A stretch of 52,868 nucleotides of DNA, taken from Candidatus Latescibacterota bacterium (GTDB lineage: Bacteria; Latescibacterota; UBA2968). The position numbers and the translations under genes were made by a program. The stretch is from NCBI GenBank assembly GCA_022822565.1, contig JAJEAX010000047.1:1-52868 (forward strand), in the 5' to 3' direction. The notes beneath the pieces were generated by a model that was given only the letters and a program-made list of their open reading frames with translations, made no database searches and was not told the origin of the DNA. Shown here piece by piece: positions 46,515-52,868 of this stretch (within the stretch, counting starts at the first letter, position 1; each line of letters starts with the position of its first letter).

Positions 46515-46873
46515 CATTGAGTGAACACGATACAGATTTCTTCTTGGTTTCTAACCATCTATAAAATATCATGGTAGAAGAAAGATAATTCTGGACAATT
46601 GATAAAAAAAATAGAAAATTTAAATAGAAAAAATGAGAAAATAAAATAGATCAGATTCAAGCTGGAGACCGATTTGATCTGTCTCCGCTCCCTGGTCGCA
46701 AATGATGGTGACTTGCCTGAACTCCCGAGAACGTCAGTGATGAGCTACACCAGCGCAGATCAGTCACACCCCTATGCGCACCGGTTCATTGACTTCATCC
46801 TCGAACGTATGAAGGACAGCTTTAAGGTGAACAAGGATGTTTCATTTGGTGAAAGAAACGGAGTGCCGGAATC
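46515..46873 (+). pseudogene. promoter/lysR cassette copy D: lysR with a large internal deletion and an early stop
   Basis: 46515-46700 aligns to the cassette 5' part (ATG AGA AAA TAA at 46633, then KLETDLICLRSLVA). It is fused at 46701 to the last ~57 lysR codons (DLPELPRTSVMSYTSADQSHPYAHRFIDF..). Confidence 0.8.
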
Positions 46874-46915
46874 GCTAATACCGCGTGGCGGGATCTCATT
46901 TCAAGCAACAAGCAA

Positions 46916-46954
46916 AAGGTCGTGCGAAATAAAATCGCACGACCTTCTTATTTT
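46916..46954 (+). terminator. rho-independent terminator
   Basis: AAGGTCGTGCGA-aataaaa-TCGCACGACCTT followed by CTTATTTT. Confidence 0.75.
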
Positions 46955-47478
46955 GTTCTTTGTGCTCGGCCGGAAAGGACTAGCATCGGGGCGATGACGA
47001 AAAATTCTGGTGGCTGTGTCTGTCATCATCCTTCCCACAGTTCTCTCTCCCACTTCGGGTAGATATCGAGTACAGGCCCCTGTACTGGTTGAGCAATCGA
47101 GGCATTCCCGCCGTTTCACCCCTGCTGACAGCAAACGGGTCAACGCATGTGAAACACAGACCAAAATCTACGCTCTCCTCCGACTTCGAAGCAGGAGGCC
47201 TTGGATCGCTTCATGCACTGATCTCGACATAGTGCCGCTTGCACTTCTCCAGCACCAGTTTATTCACGGAGACTACACGGAGTCCAATTGCAAATGTTTA
47301 TCCTATTGAGTATCTTTTCTGCCAGTTCCATTGTGCCGTCTCACTTTTTTGGGTTGTCAGTGATTTGGAATATCTTTGACATCCAATTTGCGTGAACGGC
47401 ACTTTTTTGTCTATCTTTTTTTCAAAACTATCCGAAGTATTGGTTTAACAAAATCTCAAGAGAAAAGGAGGTATTGGG

Positions 47479-47946
47479 ATGCAGCAGAAATTCATGGGCA
47501 GAGCCATAGAACTCTCCCGGATTCATATGAGGGCGGGAGCAGGAGGCCCATTCGGTGCGGTCATCGTCAAGGAAGGAAAAATTATTTCGGAGGGATATAA
47601 TGAGGTGATCTCCAGCAAAGACCCCACAGCCCACGCGGAAATCATGGCCATCAGAAAGGCGACATTCAAGCTCGACACCTTCCACCTCGCGGGATGCGAA
47701 ATCTACACCAGTTGCGAACCCTGTCCCATGTGTCTCGCCGCCATCTACTGGGCCAGAATCGAAAAAATTTATTTCGCCAATACCGCTGAAGACGCCAGGG
47801 ATATTGGATTCGACGACAACGCCTTTTACCAGGAATTACAACGGCCATGGGACAAACGCCAAATCCCCTCCCAGCAATTGCTGCGCGATCAGGCATTAGC
47901 GGTCTTCAAGGAGTGGCAAAAAAAGGTGGATCGCATTGAATACTAA
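47479..47946 (+). CDS. guaD: guanine deaminase (CDA-fold, GuaD type)
   Basis: GGPFGAVIVKEGKII..DPTAHAEIMAIRKA..CEPCPMCLAAIYWARI..GFDD closely follows the ~156-aa Bacillus GuaD pattern. AAGGAGG precedes the ATG. Confidence 0.8.
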   Translation: MQQKFMGRAIELSRIHMRAGAGGPFGAVIVKEGKIISEGYNEVISSKDPTAHAEIMAIRKATFKLDTFHLAGCEIYTSCEPCPMCLAAIYWARIEKIYFANTAEDARDIGFDDNAFYQELQRPWDKRQIPSQQLLRDQALAVFKEWQKKVDRIEY

Positions 47947-48024
47947 GGCGACTTGAGGACTTTACACTTTGCACTTCCCTTCAAAAGCGATACTTTAAGC
48001 GAGAAAAGGATGGGATGATAGGAC

Positions 48025-48038
48025 TGACCATTGACAAT
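48025..48038 (+). promoter_or_regulatory. TGACCAT-TGACAAT tandem heptamers in a GGACTGACCATTGACAAT box 8 nt upstream of the first GT2 gene
   Basis: Read directly. The same box occurs upstream of the second GT2 gene (50229-50254). Confidence 0.35.
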
Positions 48039-48045
48039 TCACCTC

Positions 48046-49143
48046 ATGAACGACCTTGCAATCTATTTCACCACAAGCCTTTGCGTTGTGTACATCACGC
48101 TGATCGCCGTTTTTTTATTCGGTCTTTTTCGCAGATCTCGGCGAGTAAATGGACGGCGTCTATCTGTTTCAGTTATTGTGCCCGCTCGCAATGAAGCCAC
48201 CAACATCGATGCGTGTTTGCGGGCACTGTCCGCACAGACCTACCCTGCCAACCATCTGGAAATTATCGTTGTAGATGACCGCTCCACCGATGATACCGCC
48301 GCTCGAATTGATCAATGGACGCGCTGTTTACCCAACCTGAGCCGCATATCTGTCACACAGCAGAACTATATCTGTCCCAAAAAAAATGCCCTGTGGCAGG
48401 GCATCAAACACGCGCGTGGAGATATTATTTTCACAACAGACGCCGATTGTCGGCCAAGTCCCAATTGGATAACCTCAAACCTCGCGCACTTTGTACCCGA
48501 TGTCGGCATGGTCATCGGCCACGCTCCCCTCTTGAAAAGCGAGAAGACCATATCGGGCCTGCTATCTCTCCAGGCACTCATTGTCTCAACTGTCGCAGCC
48601 GGTAGCGCGGGCATTGGATTTCCGCTCACCTGTTCGGGACGCAACATGGCCTATCGCAGAAAAGCCTTTGATGAGGTCAACGGCTTTAGGGGCATCGGAC
48701 ATATCATCGGCGGCGACGATGTATTGCTCATGCGGCAGGTCGCACAAAAAAGCGAGTGGAAAATTCGATTCAACGCAGACGCCGATGCGTTCGTCCCTTC
48801 AGCGTCACACCCTGACAATCTCATCAATCGGCAGGTGCGCTACCAATCCAAAACCATCCACTACGGCATTCCCATCTTGATTCTGGCTCTTGCGGTATAT
48901 ATATTCCATGTCATTCTGGCGACATTGCCCGTTTTGTTCTGGACCAACGCAGAATTATTTTATGCAGTCGGCTCTTGCCTGGCGATAAAAATAATCGCCG
49001 ATGCCGTTTTTTTGCTCTTCGGCAGTATCCGATTCAAAAGCCTGAAATTGCTCCTGTGGTTTCCAGTTCTCGAAATCCTGATCATACCCTATATTGTCAT
49101 CATCTGCGCGCTCGGCACATTTTCACCATTCAAATGGAAATAA
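48046..49143 (+). CDS. membrane-bound family-2 glycosyltransferase (CrtQ/HpnI-like lipid GT2)
   Basis: It has an N-terminal TM helix, then SVIVPARNEATNI..IIVVDDRSTDDT..TDADC..GGDDVLL, followed by C-terminal TM helices. Confidence 0.75.
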   Translation: MNDLAIYFTTSLCVVYITLIAVFLFGLFRRSRRVNGRRLSVSVIVPARNEATNIDACLRALSAQTYPANHLEIIVVDDRSTDDTAARIDQWTRCLPNLSRISVTQQNYICPKKNALWQGIKHARGDIIFTTDADCRPSPNWITSNLAHFVPDVGMVIGHAPLLKSEKTISGLLSLQALIVSTVAAGSAGIGFPLTCSGRNMAYRRKAFDEVNGFRGIGHIIGGDDVLLMRQVAQKSEWKIRFNADADAFVPSASHPDNLINRQVRYQSKTIHYGIPILILALAVYIFHVILATLPVLFWTNAELFYAVGSCLAIKIIADAVFLLFGSIRFKSLKLLLWFPVLEILIIPYIVIICALGTFSPFKWK

Positions 49144-49144
49144 T

Positions 49145-50203
49145 ATGTTGTCAATCAAACTGCTGCCCGAAACCTTCATGCGATACCATCGCGCAATCAC
49201 GCTCCAGCGGATATGGAATGCCTCAAAAGTGGTCGCGTCCTACGCCCTCTCCAATCTGTTTCGGCGAGATATTCGCATGGGAAAACCCTTTGTGCTCATG
49301 GTCGAACCCACCAATTTCTGCAACCTCAAATGTCCGCTCTGCCCCTCTGGCAATGGCGACATGACCCGCGAGCGCGGCATTATGCCGTTTGAACACTTCA
49401 AGCAAGTCTTTGAGCAACAGGCCGATCATCTCCTGCTCCTCATGTTGTGGAATCAGGGCGAACCCTTTATCAACAAGCACCTCACCGACATGATCCGATT
49501 GGCATCCGCGCACAATGTCCCCACACTGACCAGCACCAATGTCCACTACATCAAAAACCGGGAAACCGCTCGAGACATTGTGGATTCCGGCCTTTCCGAA
49601 CTCGTGGTCTCTCTGGACGGCGTCACATCCAAAAGCTATGTCAAATACCGCGTGGGGGGCAATTTTGACCGCGTGCTCGAGGGCATCCGTCTCCTCGTCC
49701 AGGCAAAACGCGATCTACAAAGCAGCCATCCCCTGATCCACCTGCAATTTATCATCATGAAACACAACGAACACGAAATTGCAGCCGCGCGGAAATTCGC
49801 TCGGGAGTTAGGCGTGGATCGCCTCTCGCTCAAAACCGCCCAGGTTTATACCGAATCCGATGCAGAGACCTTCCTGCCTTCTGACGAGAAATTCAGCCGC
49901 TACGATTACACTGCCGACCACCTCTCGACCAAAAGCAAAATCAGCAACACCTGTCGCCACCTGTGGTACAGCACCGTCATCAATTGGGATGGCGCTGTAT
50001 CGCCCTGCTGCTTTGACAAAGACGTTCACTACGGCCTCGGCGACGCCCTCAATGAGTCGGACTTCGACCAGATCTGGACCGGTCAAAAATACACGGACTT
50101 CCGCAACGCCATCCTCAAAGACCGCAAGTCTGTACCGATATGCAACAACTGCTCAGAAGGCGTAAAAGGCATGTTTTACGATATAGAAAAAGTTGAGCAA
50201 TGA
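49145..50203 (+). CDS. radical SAM protein with a SPASM/twitch-like C-terminal Cys cluster
   Basis: CNLKCPLC is the CX3CX2C motif. The C-terminal CRHLWYSTVINWDGAVSPCC fits CX13GX4C, and ICNNC follows. The ATG lies 1 nt after the GT2 stop (TAATATG). Confidence 0.8.
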   Translation: MLSIKLLPETFMRYHRAITLQRIWNASKVVASYALSNLFRRDIRMGKPFVLMVEPTNFCNLKCPLCPSGNGDMTRERGIMPFEHFKQVFEQQADHLLLLMLWNQGEPFINKHLTDMIRLASAHNVPTLTSTNVHYIKNRETARDIVDSGLSELVVSLDGVTSKSYVKYRVGGNFDRVLEGIRLLVQAKRDLQSSHPLIHLQFIIMKHNEHEIAAARKFARELGVDRLSLKTAQVYTESDAETFLPSDEKFSRYDYTADHLSTKSKISNTCRHLWYSTVINWDGAVSPCCFDKDVHYGLGDALNESDFDQIWTGQKYTDFRNAILKDRKSVPICNNCSEGVKGMFYDIEKVEQ

Positions 50204-50233
50204 ATTAAAAATGTAAGAATTGGTGGTTGGGAC

Positions 50234-50254
50234 TGACAATTGACAACTGACAAC
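50234..50254 (+). promoter_or_regulatory. three tandem heptamers TGACAAT-TGACAAC-TGACAAC, 4 nt upstream of the second GT2 start
   Basis: Read directly. Confidence 0.35.
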
Positions 50255-50257
50255 TAA

Positions 50258-51373
50258 ATGGATATCATCCTTCACTTATTGCTGCTCTCTACAGTCCTCT
50301 ACGCCCTCGTTGCACTGTGTTTTTTTTTCGGATTATTCCGCCTGAACAATCAGCCGCGCACTGATGAAAAGCCATTTATATCCATCGTTATTGCCGCGCG
50401 CAATGAAGCGGATTATATCGGCAAATGCCTGAATTCCCTGAAACAACAGACCTATCCATCCGACAGATTTGAAATCCTCATCGTTGACGACGACTCGACA
50501 GATAATACATCCCAAATAGTCGCCTCCACGCGCCTGGACAATCTCCGCCTTTTGTCTGTCAATAACAGCTTTCCAGAAATGGCGGCAAAAAAACGCCCGA
50601 TGTCCGTTGGTATTCAATCCGCCCGGGGCGAATGGATCCTCACCACCGATGCCGACTGCACAGTGCCACCCACCTGGATCGCCAGTATGGCGTCTTATAT
50701 GGCGGCTGATATTGGCGTTGTCATTGGTTTTTCGCAACTTACATCGCGCTCATTTTTCGACCGCTTGCAGGCTTATGATTTTCTCACCCTCATGACTGCT
50801 GCTGCCGGCACTGTCGGGATAGGCATCCCCCTGGCTGCATCGGGACAAAATTTTGCCTATCGCAAATGTCTCTTTGATAAAGTGGGCGGTTTTCGCGACA
50901 TCGCACACCGCCCGTCTGGAGACGACGTGCTATTGCTCCAATTGCTGCGCCAGGCATGGGATGGGCGCATCGCGTTTGCCGCTGATCCCGGCGCATTCGC
51001 AACCACCCATCGCCCAGAAACCCCATCATCGCTGTGGCAGCAACGCAAGCGGTGGGCATCTAACGCCGCGTATCAACTGTGTCTCAACCCCATTTTTTTT
51101 TCCTATATAGCAGTGGTCTTTTTCATCAACGTGCTCATCCCCGCTGCTTTTGTCATCTCAATGATAGATGGCACATATACACTGCCCCTGATCTGCTGGG
51201 GCGCGAAAATACTGGTAGATCTGCTTGTAGCGGGAAAAGGTGTTCATACCTTCAAACGCGCGGATCTACTCATCATGTTTCCTTTCTGGGAGATCGTGCA
51301 AATCCCCTACACCATTCTCATTGGCCTCGCGGGAACCCTGCGTGGATTTACATGGAAAGACCGAGATCATTGA
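50258..51373 (+). CDS. membrane-bound family-2 glycosyltransferase (paralog of 48046..49143)
   Basis: SIVIAARNEADYI..ILIVDDDSTDNT..TDADC..SGDDVLL..QQRKRW are present. The TM architecture is the same as the paralog. Confidence 0.75.
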   Translation: MDIILHLLLLSTVLYALVALCFFFGLFRLNNQPRTDEKPFISIVIAARNEADYIGKCLNSLKQQTYPSDRFEILIVDDDSTDNTSQIVASTRLDNLRLLSVNNSFPEMAAKKRPMSVGIQSARGEWILTTDADCTVPPTWIASMASYMAADIGVVIGFSQLTSRSFFDRLQAYDFLTLMTAAAGTVGIGIPLAASGQNFAYRKCLFDKVGGFRDIAHRPSGDDVLLLQLLRQAWDGRIAFAADPGAFATTHRPETPSSLWQQRKRWASNAAYQLCLNPIFFSYIAVVFFINVLIPAAFVISMIDGTYTLPLICWGAKILVDLLVAGKGVHTFKRADLLIMFPFWEIVQIPYTILIGLAGTLRGFTWKDRDH

Positions 51374-51455
51374 AGTGTGAAGGAAGAAGTGTGAAGCGTG
51401 AAACTGTGTATAACTGGTTGCTGCCCAAAGACTATTTTACCCTATGAGGTACTCC

Positions 51456-52577
51456 ATGACCGCTAAAATCCTTTTCTTTTTCCTCAGTCTGCTGCTCGCC
51501 ATACCGTCCCATGCACAACGCCCGCGTGCCCGTGATCTGGGCATTGAAATTGGCACATTGCCAACGGGTACATACAACGCCATCACCGATGTCAAAGGCG
51601 TTCTCGTCGGTCACGTCACATTAATCGAAGGCAGCGGCGAACTCGTCGTGGGCAAAGGACCCGTGCGAACGGGTGTTACCGCTATTGTCCCGCACAGCGA
51701 GGACATCTATCGAAATAATGTATTCTCTGCAGCCGAAGCCCTCAATGGCAACGGTGAAATGACGGGTATGGAATGGATTAATGAACGTGGACAACTCGAA
51801 GTGCCCGTTGTACTTACGAATACACTCTCTGTGGGTGAAGGCTATAGTGGTGTGGTTGCATACATGCTCAAACAGGGCACGGGACGGGTTCCCCTGCCCG
51901 TAGTCGCCGAATGTTACGACGGTGGCCTCAACGATATTGCCGGGCGACACGTCACAGTCGATCACGTTGTCGAAGCCGTTGAAATCGCCACAGGCGACGC
52001 AGTGCCCGAAGGCTCGGTTGGCGCGGGCACGGGAATGCGCTCGTATGGATTTAAAGCGGGCATCGGCACAGCCTCGCGCGTTGTACCAGATGGACACACT
52101 GTAGGCGTGCTCGTCAATGCCAACTGTGGGCGCAGGCGGGAACTCCTCATTGCCGGCGTTCCCGTCGGACGCGAAATACCCGTTCAGGCTTCGCCAACGC
52201 GCGATGGCTCGATCATAGTGGTCATTGCCACCGACGCGCCCCTCGTGCCACATCAATTGCGCCGCCTGTGCAAACGCGCCGCCATAGGCATTGGTCGCAC
52301 GGGCACTGTTTCCCGCACCAGCAGCGGAGATTTTGCCCTTGCCTTTTCAACCGCCTATCGCCTACCTCGCACCCGCGCAGACCGCGATACAATTACCACA
52401 CTGCGCGATAACCGGCTAAACGCCATTTTTCAGGCCACTATCGAAGCTACTGAAGAAGCCATCATCAATGCCATGTGCGTGGCAGAACCCATGACCGGAC
52501 GAGACAATCGCACAATGCCCGCGTTACCACATGACAAATTGATCGAGGTGATGAAAAAATACGGTCACATAAAATAA
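51456..52577 (+). CDS. DmpA/BapA-type (P1/S58) aminopeptidase
   Basis: It has a signal peptide, then GTLPTGTYNAITDV.GV.VGH, VRTGVTAI and the self-processing region DGSIIVVIATDAPL. Confidence 0.8.
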   Translation: MTAKILFFFLSLLLAIPSHAQRPRARDLGIEIGTLPTGTYNAITDVKGVLVGHVTLIEGSGELVVGKGPVRTGVTAIVPHSEDIYRNNVFSAAEALNGNGEMTGMEWINERGQLEVPVVLTNTLSVGEGYSGVVAYMLKQGTGRVPLPVVAECYDGGLNDIAGRHVTVDHVVEAVEIATGDAVPEGSVGAGTGMRSYGFKAGIGTASRVVPDGHTVGVLVNANCGRRRELLIAGVPVGREIPVQASPTRDGSIIVVIATDAPLVPHQLRRLCKRAAIGIGRTGTVSRTSSGDFALAFSTAYRLPRTRADRDTITTLRDNRLNAIFQATIEATEEAIINAMCVAEPMTGRDNRTMPALPHDKLIEVMKKYGHIK

Positions 52578-52589
52578 ACGAGGTCCTCT

Positions 52590-52868
52590 ATGTCTCAACT
52601 ACCCATCATCACTGCCCTTTGTGCCTATGTTTTTATCACCCTGTTAGTTGGCGTCTATGCTGGTAGGCGCGTCAAAGATTCCGCCGATTTTGTCGTTGCG
52701 GGTCGGCGTCTGGGCATCTTACTGGCAACGGGCACGCTTTCCGCCACCTGGTTTGGCACAGGCACTGTGCTCGGCGCGGCAGGCGCGGCTTATGAAGGTG
52801 GTTTTTTAGCCGTTATAGCCGATCCCTTTGGCGCAGCCCTGTGTTTATTTCTCGCGGGCCTATTTTAC
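52590..52868 (+). CDS. sodium:solute symporter family transporter (5' partial, runs off the window)
   Basis: MSQLPIITALCAYVFITLLVGVYAGRRVKDSADFVVAGRRLG.. is a typical SSS N-terminus. The frame is open to the window end. Confidence 0.75.
   Translation, partial: MSQLPIITALCAYVFITLLVGVYAGRRVKDSADFVVAGRRLGILLATGTLSATWFGTGTVLGAAGAAYEGGFLAVIADPFGAALCLFLAGLFY

Noticed and set aside
46243-46572. 110-aa N-terminal extension of sulfatase 3 in the ORF track
   Set aside because: The extension runs through the repeated promoter block shared with cassette A, and it has no signal peptide or homology. A GGGAG RBS precedes the internal ATG at 46242, which starts with the canonical MSRPNILIILDDD sulfatase N-terminus.
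46955-47478. Looked for a tmRNA, tRNA or purine riboswitch in the gene-free stretch upstream of guaD
   Set aside because: The GCCACCA-like sequence on the minus strand (47008-47014) has no matching 5' acceptor strand at a sensible distance. The TTCGAA-containing hairpin has a 12-nt loop, not a T-arm. None of the conserved purine-riboswitch junction sequences is present.
49145-50203. Radical SAM/SPASM protein considered as the anaerobic sulfatase-maturating enzyme for the three Cys-type sulfatases
   Set aside because: It is embedded between two lipid-type GT2 genes, far from the sulfatase operons. It has a ~60-aa N-terminal extension before CX3CX2C and lacks the full seven-Cys SPASM pattern of AtsB-type maturases. 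The possibility is retained only as a testable aside.
51372-51396. Direct 11-bp repeat GAAGTGTGAAG-gaa-GAAGTGTGAAG after the second GT2 stop
   Set aside because: It is very short, has two copies and no dyad or terminator structure, so there is insufficient evidence for function.
1-52868. Scan for CRISPR arrays, transposases, integrases, reverse transcriptases and rRNA/tRNA genes
   Set aside because: No regularly spaced repeats and no DDE, tyrosine-recombinase or YxDD motifs were seen in any ORF. No tRNA-like cloverleaf candidates were found in the intergenic regions I inspected. The island's plasticity seems driven by homologous and illegitimate recombination between paralogous cassettes rather than by recognisable mobile elements.

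Overview
This 52.9-kb chromosomal window probably comes from an uncultured FCB-superphylum bacterium. Supporting markers are a short Bacteroidota-type sigma-A-like factor, a T9SS C-terminal sorting domain, a PorV-like barrel and a CarboxypepD_reg TonB-dependent receptor. About 45 intact genes are supported.

Left third (1-18.7 kb), core and redox functions:
- a sigma factor and a Phd/VapC toxin-antitoxin pair with a perfect operator palindrome;
- a nitroreductase, then a dsrM-like gene, a dsrK-like gene, a cysteine desulfurase and a two-Cys dsrC, all in one plus-strand run;
- a long minus-strand run: HIBADH-like dehydrogenase, DoxX/MauE-thioredoxin fusion, mqnD, mqnB, metallophosphoesterase, PhyH dioxygenase, heparinase II/III-like protein, MFS transporter, a Prx-like gene interrupted by one in-frame TGA (a selenocysteine candidate giving a U-x-x-C centre) and an orphan N6-adenine DNA methyltransferase.

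Middle (19-46.9 kb), an accessory catabolic island made of three minus-strand operons:
- it carries three signal-peptide-less Cys-type sulfatases, paralogous SDR and FAH pairs, an AKR, a GPH symporter, an unclassified 656-aa membrane protein, a Zn-ADH, a TPP enzyme, a D-2-hydroxyacid dehydrogenase, and a TonB receptor / T9SS-CTD protein / PorV-like trio;
- each operon is headed by a copy of the same AT-rich divergent promoter plus a 5' lysR stub. There are four copies, and only the lysR at 41329-42300 is intact;
- the island is littered with short paralog-derived gene remnants.

Right end (47-52.9 kb): guanine deaminase, a GT2 / radical-SAM-SPASM / GT2 cluster, a DmpA-type peptidase and the start of a sodium:solute symporter.

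No rRNA, tRNA, CRISPR array, transposase or integrase was recognised.

The most notable observations are the quadruplicated promoter/lysR-stub cassette, the UGA-containing redoxin, the dsrMK / cysteine desulfurase / dsrC module without dsrAB, and the TBDR / CTD / PorV trio.
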